The position numbers and the translations under genes were made by a program. Source: Octopus sinensis (taxonomy: Eukaryota). Taken from it: a stretch of 64,000 nt of DNA. The DNA lies in NCBI RefSeq assembly GCF_006345805.1, contig NW_021836133.1, forward strand, positions 188,148-252,147, written 5' to 3'. The notes under the pieces are model-generated. The model ran no database searches. It saw nothing but the letters and a program-made list of their open reading frames with translations, and had not been told where the DNA came from. How positions within the stretch are numbered: the first letter of the stretch is position 1; the number at the start of each line of letters is the position of its first letter. Below, piece by piece: positions 1-11,751 of the stretch.

Positions 1-924
1 CCTTAGTAGGATTTCAACATTCATGTTTGGCATGTGAGTTTTCCTATTGTTTGAGACGATTTTTGTAGAATATGTTTCCAGATAAGACTTTATGTATCCA
101 ATAAGGGAATTGCTAGACTTCTCGAGGTCCTCAGATGAAGAATTTTCGTCAAGTTTAGGAGCGAAATTGCTCAGATAAAGTGTAAAACATTTTCGGTAGT
201 GTTCCCAGTTTATAGTCGAGAGGTTATATCATATAAAAGTTGGTTTACCCTTTAAAGGTCCAAGGTTGAGTTTGTATAAAATTGGTAGATGGTCACTTCC
301 AATATCATTTAAGGTGTACGGTTGTTCCATAAATTGAAGAGTAGACATAGAGACCAATGCTACGCCCAAATAGTCCCACCCTCCTGGTGAGTAATGATTT
401 GGGGTTTTTGATGTGATGACCGAGAAACTGAGAGATTCTGAAAGCTTCTTAAGAATGATGCCATCCCTGTTGGTTCTCAGACAGCCAAAAGATGTGCATT
501 TGGCATTTAGATCCCCGAGGAGTATTGACAAATGATTGTGTTTATCGGCAAAAAAGTCCTTGATAAGCGATGAATAATTGGAAAGGGATTTTGAGTACAT
601 CCCTCCGATTGTTACCCACCCTTTTTCCAGAAGGACGTCGATTGTGAGGAATTCACACAATTCCTCGGACACAATTTTTAGATTTTTCACCCTTAGAGTT
701 GAATTGTAGTAGATAGAAGTGCCTGTTCCAGCGATCGAGCCCGGCTTCCACTTAATATCAAGGGAACGATAGCCATCCAAGTAGTAATCATCATGTTTTT
801 TGATTTTTGTTTCGTTTACGATCAAAAGGTCCACGGGGTTATGGGATAACATATCCTCAATCTCTGAACGCCTTCTCTTTAGAGAACGTGCGTTCACAGC
901 GATAATAGACAGAAAGGGGCTCAC
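1..924 (-). mobile_element. Non-LTR retrotransposon (I/Jockey-like) ORF2, apurinic endonuclease domain; decayed, runs off the window start
   Basis: ORF 229-924 has the APE motifs vNARSL, NETK, GDLNAK and SDHLP. The frame continues past an in-frame TGA as YNLSTINWEHY, the linker before RT. A probable ORF1 tail lies at about 930-1130. Confidence 0.9.
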
Positions 925-1671
925 GCCTGATCAATCCTTTCCCTTCCAAGAGAAAGGGACAACAGATTGTTGATATCGAGGCCTTTTTCATCGCATATAG
1001 CGATTATTTTGCGAATCATAGAGGTAAGCTCAACGTCGATAGTTGGTGCTTTCCTCTTAAAGCGGGTTGGAGGCTCAGAGCCATCAATCAATTTTAACTA
1101 ATCGAGAAATATGAATACAATCTGTAACTGTTTCGTCCTCCTTTTCGATAATCAATAATATACTTATTAGCTTTAAATTGATTTTTCTTATGTATTCAAA
1201 TTATATTAGAGATTTTTTAATTTTGAAAAAAAGCGGTCTTTCCTAAAGTGGTTATAATTATGTTCAGTCTAACTTTTATTTATTAAGTTGCACTCAATGC
1301 ACTTAACCTTTTTAATCCAAGTTCATCTTCACAGAAAAAAAACTCAATTTTAGCCCATTCTTTGAAAATTTGTTTTTTCATTTTTAAAATAGAAATTCAT
1401 TCCAAATTTTACGAGCCTGTATCTTTTATTATTATTCAACCAAGACCACTGTCTAAAGGAGAGTCTTCATTTTCCACTGACGTTTTTCTTTTGTTCCCGC
1501 GAATTTTTCGCAGGGGCGCGGCGGGTGTGTCATTCGTTATGTCGTCACCCCGTTTCTTAGACAGTTTCTTGATTGAATTTTCGAAAATTTTCCCCAATTG
1601 ATGTAGCTGATCATTTTTCCCTACGCTGCGTAGGCGTAACTAATTATGTGTTTCATGTATTGCTAATAGTT

Positions 1672-2447
1672 ACTTCGATTGACTTTACGACAAAGTATTA
1701 TTAACGAAATTTATAAATCATTCAGAAAACGACTGTTTCATTTTATTCCAGTTTATTCAAACGAGGAGATAACGTTTCTCTCTCCGTACCTGATAAACCG
1801 ATTCATCACATGTCATTAACAGTTATTCATGTCAGTATTTTGAAGAAAATCTGTGGATTAATATGCAATTGACAGAAATAATAATCAGACCACAAGAGCC
1901 TGTTATGTCATAATAGGAGTAATTAAAATGAACTTAAAAATTTACAAAATTTAATTAGATGTACTTTTTATTGACCGATTAGAAAAATCTAAATAAAAGA
2001 TACAGATAATTATTTCAATAATTTTATAAACTATTTTTCATTAATTATTGTTTAATTTTCTTAATTTTTAATGACAAACCTAATAGATTATTAGATACGT
2101 TTTATTTAGTTTGTTGTACTGCTCTATTTATTAGCTTTGCTTTATTTTTTGTATTAAATTGGATTTAGAAGGAATATTTCGTGATGAAGTCTCTTTTAGT
2201 GATTTAATTATCTGAAATTTCGTCATTTTTGTGATATTTTCCGATTTTATTCCTCTAATCTGTTTCTAATCTTTTTCTCAAAATTATATATACTTCCTCC
2301 CATTTCAAAGTTTTTGACCAGAAGGACTGTTTTCGGTCGTTTTACTTGTCTTCACGGCTTCTTAATTTCAGTTTATTAGTCAATGAAATTAAAAATTATT
2401 TTAAAATTTCGACTTTAAAAACGGAAAAAACAAAATTAATCATAATA
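1672..2447. repeat. Dispersed repeat, copy A (copy B at 22414-23253)
   Basis: Colinear high-identity match from acttcgattgactttacgac to aaaacggaaaaaacaaaattaatcataata. Confidence 0.9.
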
Positions 2448-2449
2448 TC

Positions 2450-3950
2450 TCACCAACAATTTCATTGCTGATTGGATCAATCGGGTAGTCCACGGGTCGT
2501 ACTAAAAAACGTGTATTACTGTCTGATGTGTATAAAGGCCAGTGACAATCTATTGGGGGTAGTCGTCTATGCCGGTTTGTGAATCAATCTGCCCGGATCT
2601 AAACATTCCTATTGCATCATGACACTCTTTTGGGTCTATGTCCAAGTACACTTCCCAAGTCTTCTTAATAACATTCTCCCACACAGCGAAGGGTCTTTTA
2701 CAAGAGCTCCAAAGCTGCACTTTTATTAACAGTGTATCAATTTTGGGGTCCTTCGTTTCTTTGATTTTTCCTTATATAGTTTCAGTAAACTAATGTTTTC
2801 TATACAAATAAATAGTCAATAATTTATTCAGTTAGACTAATTTTGTAAATTTCGATTTTTTGATCATTTGTGATAAGAAGAGATTATTTGGCATGCATTT
2901 TATTAGAACTGACACAAAGTATATTAGGGGAGTAAAGTATGGCAGAACGTATTTGACTGGAAGTGTGAATTTATTCCAAGCTGACTAGTCTGTGTATAGT
3001 GAAGGCAAGAGTGTAACGTCAATGTCAGATAGTTTTACACCCACTTTGAGGAATAGGACAATATATACTTAATCTTCCAGTTATGTAAAGCGGAAAGTGT
3101 TTTTTGTTGTTAAAGTTCCGCCCAGAAAGTAGTGGATTGTGATAAACATTTTTATTTATCATTGTCTGAATTTGAAATTGCCTTTGTACTCACCCTTGTA
3201 AATCCTATCGACAAAAAATGTTGAATTACAAGAATTCGGTGTAACAAGCTTATTCGTGTATGACAAAATAAAAAAAATATTATCATCAAAGTGAAAGTCA
3301 CTTCCCAAGACCACCTGAAGCAATCCAAAGTTCAAAAAATGCAATAAATGAGACGGGGTTGTTTCCAAGTTTTCAAGAACTACATTGAAAAGTTGAAGAC
3401 GGAACTTGGAATTACATACAGTATCTGATTTTTGTTATTTAAAGAGGATTTTTATGAAATAAGTTTTTGTCGACAGTCCTCATGTAGTTGGTGGTGCACT
3501 TGATCGAGCAATGGACGACCAATTTGATGAAGAGAATGTAAACGATACCCAAAAGAAACATTTGGATAAATTGAACAAATTCTAAATGTGCTACAGCTCC
3601 AGAAGGAGTATACGTGGATATATGTATCTAGCGAGTTGCATATTTATCAAATTTTTGTTCGATAACGTCATCGTAGTAACAAAATTGATTAATGATCGGT
3701 CCCTCATCCTCAGGGGCAATTCGCTGATTACGCCAATTTCAACTTTTGACGGGTTTTGAGAGATATCAATATTAGACGGAATAACAAATAATGCTGCCTC
3801 ATTCGAAATACGAGACCTTGTGCCTCCTTCCTACAATTACGGCATCTGGCTCGACTGCCAGTCTTTCCAGGAATAATATGTTTTAAAATTAATATTAAGG
3901 ATGTCTGAAAACGCACTAAGAGCTCAAACCATGGACAATTAAGTATTTTT
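2450..3950. pseudogene. Degraded gene-like sequence, unassigned
   Basis: Several 50-70 codon open stretches with scattered stops and a candidate 24-nt GT-AG intron near 3420. No family recognised. Confidence 0.25.
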
Positions 3951-4416
3951 TAACAACAATGTCAATTTTTTAAGATAATACAGCTGACTATCAAATTCTA
4001 CCTCTTAGCTAAAAATAAAGTTGATACGTAAAAATCTCGCTATTGTTTTGGCAAGAAAAAAAATAAAAAACCATTTTTAGCTCAAAATATGCACACTTTT
4101 AGCTAGTTAACCTATTAAAAATTTTTAATCTACCGAAAAATATTGATTTATAATGCGTATAGGGAATTTGTTAAAGTATTTTAAAGATTATATTAACACA
4201 AAAACTAATTTAATGACTCTTTTTTTGGGAAGCTTGGGCCATAAGTCCCCTAGTTTCATTATAATAGCCACTAACACAATTTATGCACATAAAATATAAA
4301 TAATCCAGAAAATATCAAATATTAATTTTTTATGAACACTTGGAAAATAGAAATGTTTAAAACCAAATTCCACAATAAATATGACTTATATAATAATATT
4401 AGTAATCAAAATAAGT

Positions 4417-5898
4417 TTAATCCGACCAGCCAGCCTCATTTTCATCCTCCTCCATTGATTCACTCTTTATGACTTTAGACATGCTCTTGATTAGTGGTGA
4501 CTCCTCATACTTCTTCGACTTTGGAGGCTCTACATAGTCCTCTCCCTTCCCTTTTAGAGACTCTCCTCTTCTTTTTAACACTTTTTTGAGTTGTGACAAT
4601 ATATCAATTTTTTCCTCTTCCTTTTTTGGTTCAATCTCACTTTTTGTTTCATTTTCTTTTCTTTTTCGGAATTTGAACTGATTTATCCCTCCCGCGTCTA
4701 GAATTGAGTCAAGCAGAGCCTTCAGTTTTGGTTCTCCCGAATGCTTCGGAGTGACCTCGACAGGTTTTTGTCATCTTCGAATACAAAATTTTCCTCGATT
4801 TCATTTTCTGATGACAAAGTCGTGTTTTTTTCTGCAATTTCAGTTTTTGGAAAAATGTTGGATTCGGGATGCGAAGCCTCGACCTTTGGTGGTGTGGACA
4901 CTACGGGATCCTCGGTGAATTCGGAATCAAGATCCGGTAAATCCACGGTGATTTCGGTCAAAATAATCGACGGAGCAATCCCCGTTTCTTTTTTAGGGAG
5001 ATAATTCAAATCACTTACAATCCCTGAAATAACAAATTGAGTTTAACCAGAAAGCACGGGAAGACTTTCGGGGACCTTGATTTGAGGTACATCACCCAAA
5101 ATAGGATTGTAGTCAAAATTTAAACGCTGGAAAGGATCGAATTGATGGCCCAAAGTCACAGTCTCCGGTGCCTTGGCTGGCTCGTGTCTTTTTTCATGTG
5201 GTTTTGTAATTTTGAAACAACGTTAAGAGGATCAACAAAACAATAGTTTTTAAATCTATTATTAAAATAAAAAATTAATAATAAATATAAAATTTTACGC
5301 ATTTATATTTGTATTATAAATAAGAAAATTTCCAGTGCTTTTCAAATTGTTCGGAGGCCTGCCAATTCCCTCATGAAATGGTGTCTTATCCTTGTCTTTT
5401 AGTAAATCAAAAGAGGCTGGGACCATCGTAGTATTTTTAGATTGAGAAATTAAATCTAAATTCTAATTAATTAAATTAAATAATTTTATTTTTAATTAAA
5501 TTTATAATAAATATTTAAATAAAAAACTTTTGATAGTTTGTAGTGGAGTTTGGTTTCATTTTTAACATTTGGCATCACTTGGAGGTCATTTCTTGGAAAT
5601 TTTATTGTCTGAGGCAAATTGAATGGAGAATAAATCCTTATTGCTTTGCCCGATTTGTCCAGTTTTTTAATTTTTTGCACAACAATTGAAATTCTAGACT
5701 TTATGGAGGACAATCTGTCCTTACTAACATCTATCTATAGCTTTAATCGTTACATATTTATACATTTTGGTTTATTTTTTGAATAAAATGTCTAAAATCT
5801 TGTTGGAACTTTTCTAATATTAGCAATGATTGGATAATCTTTTCCTCGTCTGGAATACAAGGAGAAATTATCGGTATAACTGACTGCTCAATGCTCAT
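4417..5898 (-). CDS. WASH1: WASH complex subunit 1 (WAHD domain plus WH2/VCA), multi-exon
   Basis: Spliced translation gives IPIISPCIPDEEKIIQSL, KIKKLDKSGKAIRIYSP, EGIGRPPNNLKSTGNFLIYNT/FKNYCFVDPL, YNPILGDVPQIKVPESLPVLSGIVSDL, WH2 ALLDSILDAGGI and an acidic tail ending AGWSD*. Introns include 5735-5763 (29 nt) and 5024-5047 (24 nt). Two 1-bp frameshifts fall in A-runs (about 4765 and 5190). Confidence 0.9.
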
Positions 5899-6186
5899 GT
5901 TTATATTACTCACTAGAGTAAGGGGACCACAATAAATTATGTCTTCTTTTATTATAAATTCAAATATACTAATTAATTATTTAAAAATATTTATTAAATT
6001 AACTATATTAATAAAATAAAGTTTCTAAAATCATTCCTAATCCTTAGCTATTCTATATAAGAAAAGATAAAATGACTAAAGTTTAGATAATTTGTTACAT
6101 TATAATTATATATATTTTTAATTAATTTTAAAATATCTAATATAATAAAAATATATATAATTTATGCACTTGTGGTTATTTAATTA

Positions 6187-6809
6187 ATGGAGTCATTACT
6201 ATCTAAAACAGCACATGCTAATTGGATAGAAGACTTGAAAGTAGGGGAACTAGTAAAAATAAAAGTATAAAAAATATATATTTCAATTTCGGGCAACTTC
6301 TTCAAAACAATGGGATATTCAAAAAATAGTAGACATTACTTATTCCCCGAGGAAATACTATATCTAACCAACAAGGGCTCACTAACATGTCTAAAAGACG
6401 GCCAATTACTACAGGCCGATGACCTATCCCTTATAGTTGATGGACTATTGGGGAGTAATGTCATGACTGTATACTCCAATTTAACACAACTGGGCTATGT
6501 ATTACGTCGTAATACTACTCCTTTTCAATATTCCATTTTTGATGTTTATTTACCGTCTTGTGTTAAGACTTTTAAAAAATCTAATCCCACATCACCACAA
6601 TATCATCTATTTGTAACAAGGTATTTTATTATATATTTTAATTAATTTAAATATTATTTATATATATAATTTTAAACAGTATTTTTAGTGAGGAAAATAA
6701 TTTGATGCAACTTAGAGATTCATATACCCGTATTTTTGGTTCCCGCGCTCTAATAATAGCTGCAACGGCGGGAAATAATATCTGTTATATAAAAATTGAA
6801 GATTTTTAA
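6187..6809 (+). CDS. TSEN54: tRNA-splicing endonuclease subunit Sen54
   Basis: HANWIEDLKVGELVKIK/SGNFFKTMGYS..YLFPEEILYL, VYSNLTQLGYVLRR, IFDVY..VKTFKKSNP and C-terminal LIIAATAGNNICYIKIEDF* match the recalled Sen54 motif order. The first acceptor lacks its G. The start codon is uncertain. Confidence 0.85.
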
Positions 6810-6840
6810 TAAAATGTTAGTAAAAATTAAATTAAAAAAC

Positions 6841-7391
6841 TTATATATTATTTTTTAATTGAGAAATAAGCATTCTATATCCAGCAATCCACCTACTTAC
6901 CTGAATTTATTACGTAATAAAATGAACCTCTTTAATGTGGTCAACCGCCATAATCTTGCATATATTTTCGGCGCCAAAATAGTCAGGTTTGAGCAAGCAC
7001 GTGATCAATTGAACCAAATAGTCCTTTATTTCTTCTGATAGCATATTTCCTTCCCATGCCTCGTTGAGAATGTCAATTCTCTTACCAATCACAGCCTCCT
7101 TTGGAATAATTATTTTTTAAACAACTTTAACAAGGCCTGATGTTATTTTTTGAGAATTGTTGATTACGTAAGACTGTTTCCCCAAATCTTCATTTTTATC
7201 GAATTTTGGCCTTGAGGATGTTGAATTTGAACCTGTGCTGGATGAGTCTGATCCAGAGGTTGTGTACATGTATGACATCTTAGGAGGGTCATTCCAACCA
7301 CGTTTGTTTGTGGTTATTACTAATTAATTATATTTTATTATAAATTACTATTTTCTGTGGTAATTGGGTCAGAAATATGTTGACCTGACAT
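6841..7391 (-). CDS. SRA1: Steroid receptor RNA activator 1 protein (SRAP)
   Basis: N-terminal KRGWNDPP and C-terminal IGKRIDILNEAWEGNMLSEEIK...IMAVDHIKE/VSRWIAGYRMLI. Three introns of about 27-31 nt and one 1-bp frameshift in an A-run at about 7115. Confidence 0.85.
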
Positions 7392-7676
7392 GCACAACAA
7401 GGTGCTGCGTATTAGTCAATAAATTCTTTATTTATTATTTATAAAAATATAATATATATTTATAAATAATTATAAATATTTAGATTTATATTAATGGTTT
7501 AATTGAGAAAAAAGCGTTTTGCATATTAATACTCGTTTTTATTATACATTTTTGATACATAAAATAGAAACTATATTAATTTTAAATCTATTATGTTAAT
7601 AAAATATTATAATTGAATATAATTTATATTATATTTGTTAATCAAATAAATAAAATATTACCAAGTTACTAATCTT

Positions 7677-8898
7677 ATGATGATATCTAAAGCATATCAA
7701 CAATGTAATGAAAATAAAGTTAATTTATCTAATTCCAAACTAAACGAAATTCCAAAAGAACTCCTAAATATAAAAAACATAAAAGTAATTATATTAAAAT
7801 AATTAAGTTCTTAAATCTATCAAAAAACAATCTAAAAATATTACCAAATTCATTTTTCGATTCCCTCCAAAAAGCTCTTTGGATTGATCTTCGCGCCAAT
7901 CAAATATCTCAACTACCTTTGGTCCAATCGCCAAAAGAGTGTGACCTCAACACACTTCTTCTCGACCGAAACGTCCTGACTTCAATTCCCAACTCATACG
8001 GTTTTTTTACATCAAAAAACAGACAGGATTTTTACCAAATTTAAAAAATTTGAGTCTTAGATCAAACCCACTGGACTCTAATTTTAAAAAAATATATTCT
8101 TCAGGTTTAGACAGTTTTTTGAAACATTTAAAAAACGAAATCCACCAAAATACCCAAATTCCGATAAAAATTGGTAAAAAATTAGTTTTCTATGAATTTT
8201 AAGATAAAAAATCAAAAATTATGAATAAAAATAAACCAAAAATTGTTTCCGACGATCTAAAAATTGTGACTCAGAAAAAATTGGATCGTTTAAAGTTGTT
8301 TTTTATTTATAATCTTCAGTGTATGTCGAGCTTTGGTTGATTGGAGAGAAAAGACCAAAATAATTAACCAACAAAAAATATTTGATATTCAAATTGGAAA
8401 AATAAGTTTATTTTATTATTTATTAATATATTTAATTTAAATATATTAATTTTAAGAAATTAATAATAATATTAAAAATGCACCTTTTGGAGTTGATGTG
8501 ACTCGTATGCCTACTTCTATGGAAAATGAGATTGTAGACATAAAAATTGACTTTTAGGCCAAGAACAGTCCCATAGACCAGATAGTGGCTAAGAAAAATT
8601 TTTCGACTTTTGATTTGATGGAAAAAGAAAGAAAAAGGCGGGAAATTTTTATCACTTTTTAGGGCTGAAGACGTGGTACAGATTACAGAGGAACTTCGTG
8701 AATTTAATAATAAAATAATAAATAAAAGGCATTCTAACGTGTATGAATCATTGAATGAGGCAAAGAAAGATTTAAATATTGTATTAAACATTTAATTCAT
8801 TATAGATAATGGAAATGAAGAATAAATTGAAAAAGAATTATTCAGAGTTGGAGGATATTAGAATGCTACAACAAGAAAATAAATTTGATTTATTTTAA
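7677..8898 (+). CDS. Leucine-rich repeat protein with C-terminal coiled coil, LRRC27-like
   Basis: LRRs LNLSKNNLKILP, WIDLRANQISQLP, LLLDRNVLTSIP and LSLRSNPL joined across 23-25 nt introns, followed by charged helical exons. The start is uncertain. Confidence 0.8.
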
Positions 8899-9122
8899 AA
8901 TAATTTATTATAAATTTTATTATTTATTAATTAAAATAACGAAATTAAAATTTCTTTATTATTAAAAATAAATTTAAATGAAATTTTATAGTGAAAACTA
9001 TTATAATTAAATCAATAGACACAAAAATCTTATTATTTCGAACAAATAATTGACTCACAAAATTTAATTAAAAAATATTTATAAAAAATATTTTAATTAT
9101 TTAAATTTAATTTTATTATCAT

Positions 9123-9787
9123 ATGGGGGAGTGTGGATATGAATGTTAGTAAATTAAATAATAATTTTTTTAAGATTTGGACCATCCTGCTGATATTCAG
9201 TATTAAATATTAAATTAATAAATATAGAATCCATTCCTGTATAAATTTAAACATGAAATTTTTAGGGTCTCCAAATATCGAGGAAGCCTTTGAATTGGCA
9301 TTTTTATTTTTTAAATCTTAGGCTGCTCTCGGAATGTACGGATATATGACAAATATAAATAAAGTTGAATTTAAAAATTATTTTGATTTTACCGTTGAAG
9401 GTTTTTTGTGATTATTTTTAACGTAGGACACGATTTATATTCTTTACTTTACAATTTCCTGGATGAAATAATTTTTATATTTTCCTGCGGTCAATATTTT
9501 GTCGCAAATGTATTTTTTGGTTATTTTTTTAATATTTAGGATATAAATATTACTCAATTTGGTCAAAATTGTGATGGAGGATGGTCTTTGGAATGTAGAT
9601 TGTAAGATTTGTGGTTTTTTGATTCATTTATAGAAAAGGAGAGGAGTTTGATTTGAATAAACACGAACAAGTTTTAAATAATATTTTTTATTTTTTGGGG
9701 ACGGAGATCAAGGCTGTTACTTATCATTGTATGAATATTGTTACAACTAGTAATCGTACTGACATTTTTTTTATTGTCGATATTTAA
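9123..9787 (+). CDS. ZBTB8OS: Archease (cofactor of the RTCB tRNA ligase)
   Basis: Spliced translation MGECGYEYLDHPADIQIHSWSPNIEEAFELAALGMYGYMT...GHDLYSLLYNFLDE...GEEFDLNKHEQGTEIKAVTYH..FFIVDI* is colinear with recalled animal archease. Seven introns of 24-32 nt and an 11-nt exon; the last acceptor lacks its A. Confidence 0.92.
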
Positions 9788-10074
9788 ATAAATCAGTTTT
9801 TTAATATATTTTTTAATAATTTCGATTATTATTTACTAATAATAAGGGCTGGGTGTGTCTTGACTTGTTATTTTAATTCCAAAACATGAGTTGTGGTGCA
9901 GGCAGTTTTTAATTAATTAGCCGTTTTTGGTTGTGAATATTTTTCTTATTTTTAATAATTTCTGGATTTATGTGTGGAATATAAATGATAGATTTACCTA
10001 TTTATAAGATTATACTATTGCAAGGACAATAGGCTATTTATGATTAATTATCGTAACTGATAATTTGAAAATCT

Positions 10075-10215
10075 GTATTCACCAGTGTGCGCACCGCCGT
10101 TTACCTCGTAAGATTGCTATCGATACCCTCTAGTACAGCCAGCTGGTTTCCAGGGAGTGTTTTGTCTCCTTTTCAATGAGCTTCCCGATCGAGAAAAGAA
10201 TACTCATCCCCTAGG
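10075..10215 (-). mobile_element. CRE-like non-LTR retrotransposon, 3' fragment
   Basis: SIGKLIEKETKHSLETSWLY*RVSIAILRG matches the C-terminus of the longer CRE copies in this window. Confidence 0.7.
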
Positions 10216-10779
10216 GCCTATTTATATTGTTTATAATTAATGTTGAGCAAATTTAAATCCCACATATTTGAAAATTAAATCCCACATTTTGGAAATTCAG
10301 TAAAGTTTTTAAAAATTTAAAGACGTTTTGAAAAAATGGAAATTTCAAAAAACAGTAATTTTTTACTTACAGAGAACCACCCGATTTACAATCCATGCAG
10401 CCAGGATAATTTAGATTTTGTACCGTTACATATGTTTTTCATAAACCATCTTAATTAAAATTAAGTATTTTTAATATATGTGATATGTTTTGGATTCTTA
10501 AAATATTGGTCTATAAACAAAAATCAACAAATAAAGATTAACTAAAAAATTTTTAGATCAATTATTTTTAAGAGTGTTGGTGATTTAATCAATTTTGTCG
10601 TCATTTGCCAGTCTGTGAAAAATGCGTGTTTTTAATTGTTAAATTTCTTATATTTAGTACCTGTAACACTTCAAAACAACAATTCAAATAGTAGGCCAGA
10701 CATAAACTAGAGCAGCAACTCCTGTAATAAATTTTTTCTATCTAATTTGATAATAGCAAAAAAAAGTACATAATTTGAT

Positions 10780-11270
10780 AATTATAACATGCAATAACAG
10801 TGTTTATTTCGCTTATCCTTTAATATCTTTTGAAAAGACTTTGGTTATGAAAATGAGTATATAGCCTTGTTATAACAGTACACTGGAATTTCCAAAATTT
10901 CCAGCGACTTTTTTATTTGTGTCTATCATTTTGAAGAGTTTTCTTGTGATGGTTCTACAATTCATTGTGTACGCGGATTGTTTAGTCTTTCATGTATCTG
11001 AACTACGTTGAACTCTTTACAAAGATTTCTTAGAGACACATTTTCAAATTCTGAGCCATTATCCAAGTGCAAAATTTTTAAAGGTTCGTATAGGTAGAAA
11101 AGCGATTTTAAGTTGTTGCATACTTCTTTTGTAGATTTATGAAAAAGTGAACAAATTCAAATCTGAATAAATTGTACTAAAACCTATAAATCTACTATAA
11201 ACATTAATTAATGTTAAAATCTATTTATGTAAACTTTTATAGATCTACAAGATCTAGTTGACACTTTTTA
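10780..11270 (-). mobile_element. Ginger/Gin-like DDE integrase remnant
   Basis: KCQLDLVD.. and KILHLDNGSEFENVSLRNLCKEFNVVQIH..NNPRTQ (rve core) with stops. Confidence 0.65.
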
Positions 11271-11751
11271 TTCAGATAAAATGGAAAAATATGATGCTTC
11301 ATATCACCAGCTTACATTAAAAATTAAAAAAATTAGGTATTTGTAACAGGTATATATGTCACAATTTCTAATGACTTTTCTGATTATGTCATTTTAATAA
11401 TAAAGTATGTTTAAGACATCCGGTTTTGCAGTGATAACACTGATGACGGTGTCACTCGTCAATCCGGGTGGATATTCGATGCATGGAACCTTCAGCCAAA
11501 GTGATAGCAGTGGGGTCGCAAATCAACATTTAGAATTTATTTAAAAATTTTAATGACTGCTCTGTGCCTGATGAGAATTTGTTAGTTTCTTTATGTCAGC
11601 CTCACTATTTGACAGATTAAGTCTCCAATCTTCTCCATTCACAATTTCAAATAATTTATTTTTTTGGTCAAAATATTGCACTAAATCCTTTGTCAACTAG
11701 ATATGTTGAAGGAAATGCCATTAAAAGCGTTTCATCTTAATTCCACAATTG

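Noticed and set aside
2500-2580. NLLGVVVYAG resembling a P4-ATPase motif
   Set aside because: A single short motif with no flanking P-type ATPase motifs; a longer open frame exists on the opposite strand.
3760-3880. SFEIRDLVPPSYNYGIWL resembling a fibronectin type III strand
   Set aside because: Too short, and no supporting adjacent exons.
4760-7120. Programmed ribosomal frameshifting in WASH1 and SRA1
   Set aside because: No in-frame X XXY YYZ slippery sites; homopolymer sequencing error is simpler.
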